A stretch of 64,000 nucleotides of DNA, from NCBI GenBank assembly GCA_002245135.1, contig NGBS01000295.1:248001-312000 (forward strand), in the 5' to 3' direction. Shown one piece after another: positions 1 to 13,191 of the stretch. Under the pieces are notes generated by a model. It ran no database searches, was not told where the DNA came from, and worked only from the letters and a program-made list of their open reading frames with translations. Position numbers and translations under genes: made by a program. The stretch comes from Proteromonas lacertae (taxonomy: Eukaryota). Every line of letters starts with the position of its first letter. Positions within the stretch are counted from its first letter, which is position 1.

Positions 1-293
1 AGCGTGAGATGATGTACTCATTCCACATTTTTGGAATCGATTGAAATATCAACTGTAAAAAGTAGATATTCTTGTAATATACACCTAATATGATTTTTTG
101 AAATATTTAACTGAATATCGGAGATTGTAACGAAAAGGATGTATTTTCATCTTCTTAAAATTAAACTCTTTGAATGTAATTATTATGCAATGAATTAAAA
201 TATTATTTAAATATTAGCTGATTATTATGGCTGAATAATCATTTTCTATTTCTAAAAATATACTCGTTTTGTTGTTTCATTTTTAATTAAAAA

Positions 294-1361
294 ATGGCTC
301 AAATTTACGAACAGCAAATAGATACAATTGTTGAGTCTATCAAAAATGCATTCCCTGAGATGCCTAAAATCAGTGTAATGACGAATGAACCGTTATCTTT
401 AATGGAACATATGATTCAAGAATCAAAAATATTGAAGTATATAAACATGAAATTATTATTATTAGATACAAAGATATTAATGGTTTACCAGTAGTAGACT
501 GTATTTTATCATATATTATCTGATTTAGGTGAAACTGCTAGTGTCCAATGTGGTACTTATTTTAATGTTCCAATCCTACTGTTTAATCATTTCTTATCAA
601 CATACGAAGGTTATTCTCCTTCAGAATCAGCATTACTAATTTATTCCTTGAAGAAACTTGGTGTAGAAGTATATTTGTTTTTCATGTATTATAAACTCAT
701 ATAGTACATAATATTTATCTCAGAATCATGGACTGTAGACAGTAATGTCAATTTATGTGATATAATGATTCATGATTCAATCATCAATTTAGCAGGAATG
801 TATGGCAAAAACCCTCTAGTAGGTGAAAATAATAAAAATTTAGGATGTAGATTCCCTCCAATGCAAGATTTCGTAAGTTATGAATTACATAATATTGCTA
901 TTGACACAATTGTTGGTTTACATTTTGATAATATAGTTAGAAAAGGATGTTATGTATATGCGGCAGGTCCAAACAGTTTTACTGCAGCAGAAAATAAAAT
1001 GTTTAATACAATGGGAGGTAAATGTGTAGGAATTACACTTGGTAATGAAATAACAGCAGCTGTTCATTGTGGAATGAAAATTTTACCCATAACAATTGTT
1101 GGAACAAATGATTATCTTGGTTCAGAAGAATTACAGAATGGTTTGGATAAGAATTCTGATTTAATAAAGTCTTTGTTTTTAGGACCATTAGTTGGTCATA
1201 TAGTTGTAAAAGCGAATGGGAAAGATTATAAAAATGAGAAAAGTTATAAACCACTTCCTGAAGAACTTGAAGATATTGGATTTACGTATTTCCTTATAGC
1301 TTTTATAGCTGCAGCAATTTTGATAATTGCTTTTGTAGTTTATGTAAGTTATTATAAATAA
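294..1361 (+). CDS. Purine nucleoside phosphorylase-like protein (probable pseudoenzyme) with C-terminal transmembrane anchor; 3 short introns
   Basis: The spliced product contains YEGY, NPLVGEN..GCRFPPM, G.YV..AGP..FT.AE and AVHCGMK, matching trimeric PNP. It ends in a hydrophobic stretch FTYFLIAFIAAAILIIAFVVYV followed by SYYK. Confidence 0.75.
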
Positions 1362-1451
1362 ATAAATATTTTGATATATTAATGAATTTTCTTTTTAATT
1401 TTTAAAAAATAAACAAAAATGAGAAAAAATAAAACCAAATAATAATATCTT

Positions 1452-4224
1452 TTAATCTGAAACAGTAAATTGTGTTGTAAATGGAACATTATTAACAGTA
1501 TAACTAATTTTCATTTTCAATACAGTTTTCTTTTTGCCATTACTATTATTTATCACTTTCAATTTCTGTTCTATTGGCACATTTGCATAACAAACATCAC
1601 TAGTTGCTGGTAATAACTTGGCTTCTTCATATTTTGGTGTTGCAACTAATAATACTACACCTGGTAACATTGGTAAAGGTGTAAAGAAATGAAGAATCAT
1701 TTTAGTCTCATTAGAACCTTCAACCACTTGTTTATCAATAGTTAAAGCAATATTATTATCTTGATAAGCTGTAAATGTTGTAACATTTGCATTTTGTTGT
1801 TGGGGTTGTTGTTGGGGTGTGGAACTTGTGCCAAAAAGATCATCCAATAAATCACCTCCACTTGTAGTAGTAGCAGATGGTGCTGAAGGTACTGAACCAA
1901 ATAAATCATCTAAATCATCATGTTGTGGTTGTTGTTGTTGTTGTAATGTATTTGCATTTGTATTAGCTGTATTTGAACCAAATAAATCATCCAAATCATC
2001 AGTGGTTTTATTATTAGTTGGTTGAGAAGGTGTAGAGAATAAATCATCTAAATCATCATTATTGCCATCTTCATCTTCATCTTTACTCTTTTTTTCTTTC
2101 TTCTTTGATTTCTTCTCCTCTTTATTATTATTATCAGTTGCAAATAAATCATCAAGGTCACTATCTTCATCATCTTCTTCTTCCTCATCTTCATCTTTAC
2201 TCTTCTTTTCCTTCTTCTTCTTCTTATTTTTCTTATCACTATCATCATCATCATTATCTGCAAATAGATTCTCATCACTATCACTCTCATTATCTTCATC
2301 ATCTTCGTCCTCTTCTTCTTCTTCAGATTTTGCTGTATCTGTCTCATCACTAGTTGATTTGGGTAATGTAATTTTAGGCGTAGGAATAGCAGCTAATATA
2401 TTTTGTAATACCATATCATCACCTTCTAATAGATGGATATATTCACAAGCTCTTTGTTGTATTTCTATATCAGTTGAAGTTGTATACATTCCCAACATTG
2501 TCTTTATATGATCTAATGATTCAGATGGAGTTCTTACACTTAATTTAATCAGTGCATTTAATAATAAACAGATTATATCAACGTTATCTTTATATTCTCT
2601 AGATATATTCTCTAATAACAACAACACGTCATTCTCACTAATTGCTTTAAAGTTCTCACATTCAGCACAATCTTCTAGTAATAAATGACCATATTCACCA
2701 ATGCACCAAACTGATAGATAGATATGGCTTGGATGAATTCTAACACTATTAATACTACGGTATAATTTATGAACTATATAACTGTAATAATCAGGGTGAT
2801 TTTGTATGATTTGTATAAAGTGATCTGCTACATGATCAGTTATATTGTTTCCTTTGATTTCTATTAATGTCACCATTGTGTCATACATCCATTTAACTGA
2901 GGAGTTGAAAACGATCAAATAATGAGGAGATTTTGGTGCAGATTTCAGTACAATCATCTTCTAATAGTGACTATATATATTTATATAATAATAATAATTA
3001 TAATATATATAAATATACTAAACTATTAATCATTTCAATAATCATCACCTTATAATTCTCTTTATTCACAATAGCATATCCTAAATCCAATGCAGTCTTC
3101 TGTATAGATACATCACTATCACCCATACTTGTTATAATCACACTTTGTAACGGTAATACTAAGGATATATCAATATCAGTCACTTCTAATAGTGTATTTA
3201 ATGCAACATATTTTGCATTATTATTACCTATTAATAAGAAATTACCTAACACATTGATAGCGTTAGTTTTCAACTGTTTTGAACTAGGAATTGCCATAAT
3301 GGTCCTTACTGCTTCATATAATACAGCTTCGGCTGTACTATTGTTACTTTTACTTAAGAATACAATATATTCGTTCAAAGTATCATTTAATCGACTACTA
3401 GCTTCTTTATTACCTTTAGCTAAGACTCTGAAGAAATTTAATATTTGTACTTGTAAGAATGGATTACATATTCCATTAACATCATAATGATAGGAGAATG
3501 GAGCACTCATTAATCTCTTCAAATGTTTACATAGCTTTGGAATGCATTTTTCTCGATATCTCTCTAACATATTTGGAGCTAATTCCACGATGGATAGTAA
3601 CATATTAATACCAGACATTAATACACTATCGTGAGTATCATTTAACACCTTGTAATAATAATTGACTTGATCATCTTCCAGTAATTCTGGTGCTTTGACG
3701 AATAATCGTATGGCAACTAATGCTGCTCTTTTACGAAGATATGCGTTACTACTATTGAGGAGTTTCAAGATATCATTGCTTAAATCGTGAGACATATCTT
3801 CTGTACCGATGTTACCAATACAACAAAGAGCTAATCCTGCAATATATTGATTTTTATTGTTAATATCATTCTTTAATGAGTTGGTGACTAACATGAGCAG
3901 TTCTTGGCTTTCATCCATTAGTAACATTAAAGCTAAATATCCAATTCTTTTGTCAGAATATTTTGGCGATGCAATCAACTTGATACACTCCATTTCACCA
4001 AAATGAGCAGGATAACCCATCATATGGATAAATAATAGCTTTGCTATGTTTTTATGAATATGTGCAGTATTTTCTGATTTAAATGATGTTCTTATAAATG
4101 CACATTCTTTTGTAATTACATCTTTTTCTTGTCCTGATGTCTTTGTTGCTCTAACTCTCTTTATGAATTCTTTCAAGGTCGCTCCACCTGTGATTGCATT
4201 TTTAGTATTTCTTATTGTGTCCAT
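1452..4224 (-). CDS. AP1G1: AP-1 adaptor complex gamma subunit; intron 2971-3018; apparent +1 frameshift near 2908-2911
   Basis: Adaptin N motifs (LKEFIKRVR, GYPAHFGEMEC, KRIGYLAL, NPFLQVQIL, EIQQRACEY), an acidic hinge and a C-terminal ear domain. Confidence 0.92.
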
Positions 4225-4353
4225 TGCCTTTAAATCTGTGAGGATGAATCTTTTCTTCTTTCTTTGGCTTGGCTTGGCTTGATCATTTTGATTTTTGATT
4301 TTTTTTTTATTTTCATGTTTAGAAGGTAATTTTGTTTTGATAAATTCAAATAT

Positions 4354-5020
<667 letters not shown>

Positions 5021-5214
5021 TATTTATATCCAATCTGTTATGTATAAAGTATTGTTTATTTGATATAGTTATTATCAGGAAAGAATATTCAAAATAAAAA
5101 AATCATTTGCCAAGCCTCCTGTAAAATAGCTTGACATAATAATATTTGCTTATTGTAGTCATTTCGACATAATACATTAAGTAGTTGATGGAATCGTTCA
5201 TAAATTGGTTAGAC

Positions 5215-7104
5215 ATGAAAAAATATGAAGTATAGTTTTCTTTTTTAAAATGATATTTAGATTTTGAGTGAAGGCTTATATAAAGACAAAATATTAGTAA
5301 TAAGACATATAAAAAATCTTTCGTGTAAGGTATTAAAGGTGAATGATTTAACTGAGTTAGATAAAAAAGAAGTAAATAATGTTATAACAACTATGAAAAG
5401 AGTGAATAATCTAAATATATGTGGTTTAATGGAATACAAAACAATCGAAAATGATGAAAATTGTTTATATCGAATAATGGGAGAATATAAAAATAGTTTA
5501 GATAATATGAATCCTTTTAAAAATTTCGACTTACTTCAACAGATTAAAATCATTACTTGGGATTGCATCTGTATTAAAGAGTTTAGAGGAAACTGAAGCA
5601 TTTCATGGTGATTTAAAGCCTTCAAATGTCTTTCTAACGGATGATAATGAAGTACTGATAAATGATTATTGTAACAATTTGTTATATAAGGGAAGAGAAG
5701 GAAGTAAACCTGAAAGAAAAAGAAATGATTTATGTTTTGTTTCTATAGATGAATTATTGGGAAAAGAAGTAGATATATCAAGTGATATATGGAATTTTGG
5801 GTTGATGTTTTATTATATAATGAATGGTGAATATCCTTTTATTGGAATGAACATGTTAGAAATTCTGGACAACATTAGAGAAATAAAATACACTCCATTT
5901 GATTCTGAAAGTAAAAAAGAATACAATATATTTTTAAATAAAATACTTATTAAAAACAAGAAAGAACGATTAGATTTGGAACAGATTATAACTGAATTGA
6001 ATAGTATGTAATTTAGTTTCTATTTGTGTAATGAAATAGAATTAAATATATCAGGATCTCCAATAATTCCATTTAATTATGAAAAAAAGAAAGACATTCA
6101 AGAATTAAGTATAGATATATTTTATATCTATAAAAAAATAGGAAAGAAAATCAACTATGAAATTGATATATGTATAAAAAATAATGGAAGTAAATTGAGG
6201 TATGGATGCTGTATGAAAATATTTCAATTAAATATATTAAATAGTTATGATGAAAGATGAAGGAGCTGATTATTTGTGTTCTAAACTTAAGAAAATGAAT
6301 AAAATTGCTGCTATTAATATGAATTGTATAATATAATATTACATATATATATTCTAATAGCTAATGAATTAACTTCTGTTGGAATTGATATCTTTTCAGG
6401 TAGTTTAGATTGTTTTCCAAATCTAAAAGAATTGAATTTAAGTAATAATCCAATTGGTAATATAAGTATAAAAATATTTGCATACAATCTTCATTCCGTT
6501 CCTAAATTGACGAAATTGAATTTCGAAAGTATTTTCTTGATATTTATATTATTTAGGTTGTAAATTAGGAAGATCTAGTATGGAATCTTTTGGTTTAAAC
6601 TTTAAATTCATATCTAACTTAGAATGGTTGAACTTATCCAGTATTTATAAATGTATTTTATAATGAATAGAAAATAATATTGGTGATATAGGTGTGAAAT
6701 ATTTGTTCAATAGTATGAAAGATTTACCGGAATTAAAAATACTATATTTGAATAATAATAAAATCAGTGATGAAGGAGTGAAATATTTATATGATAATCA
6801 GCTTAATATACCAGATCTTTATAACTTAATATGCAAAAATGATGGAAAAAAGATCAATGAAAAGGAATATGTAGAATTATATACAGATGAAATATTTAAT
6901 AAAATGAATAATATGAGAGAATTACATCTTGATAACAACGTAATTACTGATATTGGTGTGGAAATACTTATACACTATGTTAAAGAATGTAAAAATATGC
7001 AAGAATTGCATGTAAAACAGAACAAAATACAAAAAAGGTCTGAGTATGCCTTACAGAAGAAATTTAATGATCTTCATTTTAAGGTTTATTATTTTGATGA
7101 TTGA
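5215..7104 (+). CDS. Divergent protein kinase fused to RNI-like leucine-rich repeats; multi-exon; one +1 frameshift near 5513-5551
   Basis: Kinase motifs HGDLKPSN, NDY (DFG position) and SDIWNFG..GEYPF, followed by LxxLxLxxNxIxDxG repeats. Exons join through GT-AG introns. Confidence 0.75.
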
Positions 7105-7242
7105 TATACAATATTTGTTTCTTGAGTATATAAGTTATAATTACACATCATAAGATACATATAGTATGTAAATATTAAACCACACAAATAAAGTTTGAGT
7201 AAATTCGAGCCAAAATTACATTTTGAATTTTCTCAAGAAGAC

Positions 7243-10200
7243 ATGAGTAATAACGATGTTGACTCTGCTCAGCAACTATTGAATACAGGTAGCCTAATAT
7301 CTCAAGTATGAAACAATGATATAATGCTGTTTATAGACAATCTCTAGAGATCAGAAGAGTTTAGATTTAGAAGACATGATAGACGATACCAGATACCACA
7401 AAAACTATTTTATTGATCCTTATTTAAGTGAAGAAGGTAATGGTTGGCTTCCTCAAGTATTTTGCATATGTTTATATATTATAGCTGAAATGCGGAATAG
7501 ATATACCTGTTCCAGAAATAATAAAGCAAATTCCTGCAAATAGGACTTCTTTTATGGGATTTTTAAAAGCTATTCATCGTTGTTGGATTACAATAGACAA
7601 TAAACTCTATATATGGGATTATTTAAACAATAATGACATAGCTTGTTTTGATGGATTAGAGAATCTAATTGTAAGTGTTGGATTAGTAATTCCAAAGAAG
7701 GATATCTTCCGTGATGACATATTATATTTATTAGTAGTAACTACACCAGTAGAAATCGTAGTATTAGGTTTAAGTTTTGAAGATAAGAATATAAATAAAG
7801 AAATGTATTTACATAATTCTCCATTTGCTGTTCAAACTAATAACGTTTCAATGATATCAATTGATGGTAATAAAACAGGTAGAATCTTCTTAGGAGGTAA
7901 TGATGGTAATATATATGAATTAATATATGAAAATCAAGAAAATCTTACTAGTTATTTTGGACTTTCTAAAAAATGTGAATTGATCAATTTAACATATTCT
8001 TATTTTACACTTTTACCTCCATTTTTATCATTTTACCATAAGAATGATAGTATTAATAAGATCGTAGTAGATAAAGATAGAAATCTATTATATTGTTTAA
8101 CTGTTAAAAGTGTTATATCACTCTATGATTTAGGTGAAAATAATGATCAATTCCATTATATAGGTCAATGTGTTGATATTAATAAAGATTCATATAATTT
8201 ATGTAAAAGAAAAGAATCAATAAAATCATTTCCAAAGAAAGATACATTCAATAATAATATAAAAGAAAAGAATAATGTATAAATATATTAATTATTATTA
8301 TTTTATGATTAATAGATTCTTATTACATCAATATCCTGTATTAAGTCCAAGACATAGTAAAGGAATGCATTTAATAGCAACTAGTAGACAAGGAATAAGG
8401 TTTTACTTTAGAGTTGGGACTTTTGAAAGTGGTAAAAGAAAAGTGTTGGAGTTACATTTAAGTGATATTAGAATGCCTCCAGCTACTGTTAAATATGATA
8501 AATCACATATTCCTGAATGTATATATATATATATATAAGCACTAAATCATTATTATATATGAATAGATGTTGCAATAGCTGAAGGTACTCCAGACAAATT
8601 GGAATTACAAAATATAAGGAAATGTTATGTGAATAATGATGTATGTATCTTAATCAATGGAAGTGCAATTGAAAGAGATAATATAATATGTTTAAGTAGA
8701 GACTTTATAATTAATCGATTTGAAGATAAGAACCAACCAATCTACTACTCTGAGAGTATGAATATATCTGAAAATGTGGAGAAAGTGTATGATATAATTG
8801 AAGTAAGTAATGATTCATTATATCCATCAAAATTAACAAATAATGAAATGATCAATGAATATTTAGATACAAAACAGAAGTATTTATTATTAACAAGAAA
8901 TGGAATAAAAATATATGAAAGAGTATTTCCAATTAATCAATTACTTAATGTATATTATTATTATTATTAATATCATTATTATTTAATTAGATTTGTTCTA
9001 TTAATAACAATACCAATACTAACAATGAAGAAGAAACAATCAACAATTTCTTCAATTACTATGGTGAAGATGAAGCTTGTACAATGTGTATTAGATTAAT
9101 ATGTCAATATAATAATATTATCAATTCCCAGATTAAATCTAGAATTATTGACTATTTTATATCTCATGGTGGTAATGCTTGTTATATTAATACAAACCCA
9201 ATTCAAATCAATGAAAAGACAGTGATTGGTCCAAATTTGGTTCATAGTAATAAATATAATGGATTATTAAAGTATAGTTATTGATTATGTATGTATAGTT
9301 ATTTTTCAAGAATAATTTCTCCATTTTGGTCGAATTCTCTCTTTGATTCAAAGAATAAATCATTCAAGTACAATTATAAAGAATTAAGTTATATTGAATA
9401 ATGTGTTAATTGAATTATTGCATTTCTTCGAATATTGTGATACTACAAATGGTAATTATGATTTGATTAATTATGCATATTTGGCTGATCAAGACACTAA
9501 ACTCTTTGATGCTGCAAGTAATGAAAATAGAGATATATTCAACTTGAAATCAATAGCTACAAGAACTCAACAGTTTATTAAACAACTTATAATCGTATAT
9601 ATATATATATATATTATGTTATTATTTAAATAGTATAATTATAAAGACAATATATTGAACGAAATCTTCTCAAAGATAAATCCAAAGATTCAAAATGATT
9701 TAGTCACACTTCCATTAGAACGAATTATCTGTACAAATGAAGGAAAGAGACTATCAAAGTCATTAATTGAAGGATATTTGGATTATTTAAAGATTAATAA
9801 TGATCAAAGTATATATATATATATATATATATTATTGTTTATAAATAGATAAATTACAATATATTTCCAATGAATTAAGAGATGAATGTGATTTCTATTA
9901 TAGAGAAGAAGATATATCACTAACCAAAGGATTAGAATTATTATCATTCGCTGAACAAGTTACTGGTAACGAAAGACTTAACTATTTTAATGTATTTTAA
10001 TATTATATAATATATTATTATATTAGCAAGCTTATGAATATTTCAAAGATTCTGCTTCTAAATGGAATTATTCTCAAAGTTTGAGTTTGTTAGAGAAAAT
10101 ATGTTATGAAATGAATCAAGTTGGTTTTTATGATGGAGTTTTATCTTTTACATTAGTTGTTGCTTCATTTATAGCAAATGGAAATGTATAGTTTATATAT

Positions 10201-11576
10201 ATATATATATATTGTATTTATAGATTGAAGTATTACCATCAGAATCAGAAGCTAATTCAGAAGCAACCAATAATCGATTGAAATGTTATAACTTATTAAT
10301 TCAATTCTTCGACAGTTTAATAAAGAATAATGATACTATAAAAATATGTGAAAATCTTATAGCAAAGAGTGTTAATTCAAGAGATAAGTTATATCATAAT
10401 TACTTATACTCATGGTTAATGAATAACCATAGAGATATGTTGATTAAAGTATATATATATATATATATAATTGTTATTTATATATATTTCTGTATAGTTA
10501 AATAACAGTTGTTATATATCTGAATACTTAGAAAAAACAAATAAAGAACTACTATACAACTATTACATTCAATCCAAACTATATGACAAAGCTGCAATGA
10601 TAATGTTAGAATTATCTCATCAAGAAGATATTACATTCACTGAAAGATTAACTCGATTATCAAATGCACTAAGAGATGCTAAAATCTCATTAACAACTCA
10701 AAATAACTCTGAATTTAATGAAGAAAAAGTGAATGAATTGAACGATTTATTAGATATTGCTCATTTACAATATGAATTGATTTTAACATTTAAGAATATT
10801 ATCCCCAAATTATCCAATAGAAATCAAGATACGTTAAACCATTATAACAGAATAATCAGTGAATTAGAGAAGAAGATTTTACCTGTTTCTGATTTATATA
10901 ATAATTACGCATGTAAATATAAATACCATGATATTTGTTTATTAATATTACAATCGTGTAATATGAATGATAGTGTATTAATTGAAGCACATTGGCATAA
11001 ATATTTGAATTTACCAACTCAACCATCTTTAGAGTATATATATTCTATTATATTATGAATAGATGTTTAAATACATTAAAAATGAAGATCACCAACTTGG
11101 GCAAAAGATTATATAAAGAAGATACTATCTACTTCCCATTAGAATATATTTGTCGTATTTTAGAACAGTTTTGTTTGTCATTATTTAATCAACCAAATTA
11201 CTGTAAAACATGGATTATTGATATGTTATTAAGTATTGGAGTTAGTTATAATAATATATATTATACTTATTCAACACTTTTACATTTGAATAATACAATG
11301 GTTTGGTCAGTACAAATTATTACTTTGATTTCTATGTATATATATATATATTGATGTTATTTCTATTTTAGAATCTTAAAGAAATGGAATAGTTATATAA
11401 GAAGTAATGTTTGTAATGAAATGGAAAAGAAGGTTTATATACAACAACAGAATTATATATCGAATCAAGTCAATGAATTTCAAACAATACTGACTGCTAA
11501 TGTTGATAGATCTATTAATTGTGGAAATATAATAAAGGAGTTGGAAGATTTGAAAAGATCAGTTTTATCACTTTAA
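7243..11576 (+). CDS. NUP155: Nucleoporin Nup155/Nup170; many short introns
   Basis: MGFL..IHRCWITIDNKLYIWDY, VSVGLV.PK..IF, LVVTTPVE, GRIFLGG.DG.IYE; C-terminal helical region with LYNNYA and YFPLEYI. Confidence 0.88.
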
Positions 11577-11870
11577 AAAGAAACAATTAATTCTATTTTT
11601 TTTTTTTTTTTTTTGTCGTGTTTATTCACTTTTAAACATAGTTTCCCCTTACAAGCCAAATTCTTCTTAAGATAGGCAAAATCATGTTAAAAGATTTATT
11701 GAAGTGGATAATAATTGATGCATATATATAACATTTGTCTTGAAAAACAATGAGGTGATATATATGATGTTATAGGAGTTAATTTTTGAATCTATGCAAT
11801 TTATTAATATATATGATGTTAAAACATATGACACAAACAAAACAATAAAATAAATACTAACCAATAATAT

Positions 11871-13066
11871 TTATTCTATCTTTTTTACTCCTACACTCAC
11901 ATCATCGGTTTTTAGCCAACTTAATTTACTAATATCACCAATTTTACGACCATACATACATACCTTCACAGTAAAGATTATTCCAACTACAATACTAATA
12001 ACACCAATTACAATATAGCAATAACCTAAGAATCCATTCTTACCACCAATCCAACTAGTAGTGGATAAAACTAAAAACTTCTTTCCATCAAAATGACTTA
12101 CTGGAAAATCTATAAAAATATAAATTTAGCATTAATTATACTGGCTTGTACAGTAAAAGTCAATTCAGTATCTTTGGGTATATCTTCAGTAATTCTTCCA
12201 TATAATTTCCTAAAGTTAGGTAAAGCGGCTGTTCTCATCCAAACTACGAAATGTTCATCTTGTACACCTCCTCCATAATAAGCAGAGGATGTTTCATCAT
12301 CACTCTTTTCCCACTGAATCATTGGATAAGTATCATTTCTAACAAAAACATAAATAATTGAATTAATATACAAATATTGATATCCTGGTCTTCTTTCACT
12401 CGGATTTTCATATTTTGAAGTTATATCATCCCTCCATGTTATATCATTCTCATATAATGTATAATCACTATTCTTTAGCTTGAATGTATCATTAAAAAAT
12501 GAATTAGCAATTAATCCACATGGATATAAGTATTTTCCATCTTTACCCTTATACATAGGATCACAGTCATTCTCTAATGTGCTGTTTTCTGGATATTTAC
12601 CTATCATTTGGTCATGATTAATAGATTGTTGATATCTTCTGTGATTTTGATAAAAGTTTTCTAGTCCATAAAATAAATATATTGGTTGTTTTAGATCTTC
12701 AGTAATTTTGAATGTTATCTATCATAAGAGAATAAAACTATGATTAAATACTTCGCATGTCTTAGTCTCCTGTTTGCCAATACTACAATCAGTTAAATCA
12801 GCTCCTTTTCCATCATATTGAACGGAAAACTCTTTAATCTATTAAGATAAAAATAAAAACAATATAAAAATACATCTTGAGATGCAACAGTAATTACAAT
12901 ACCTAATGTTAATAAAGCTACACCTAAAACATAAAAAGTCCCAAGAACCCAAGAAGGAGTGTATATCGGTTGCCAAGCTTTTAATTTTTGTTGAAAAAAT
13001 GCTTCAGCTATTCAAAATTCAATAAATAATGAATATACGCCTCGGCTTATTCAATAAGTCTTGCAT
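11871..13066 (-). CDS. CDC50: CDC50/LEM3 family P4-ATPase beta subunit
   Basis: FFQQKLKAWQP, FYQNHRRY, PCGLIANSFFND, EHFVVWMRTAALPNFRKLY, WIGGKNGFLG; two TM segments. Confidence 0.92.
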
Positions 13067-13191
13067 TTAAAGAAAAGAATAAAAAATTCACCGAAAAAAA
13101 TAACAATAATTTTGGATGACCAAAATGTTTAAATATTGTATTTCTACTCAATTACACCATTATAATAAATAAAATTAATATAAGTTATAAA

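Noticed and set aside
1819..2511. Antisense/alternate-frame ORFs rich in Ser, Cys or His (also 44293-46618 and 61925-62617)
   Set aside because: Shadows of low-complexity coding sequence on the other strand or frame.
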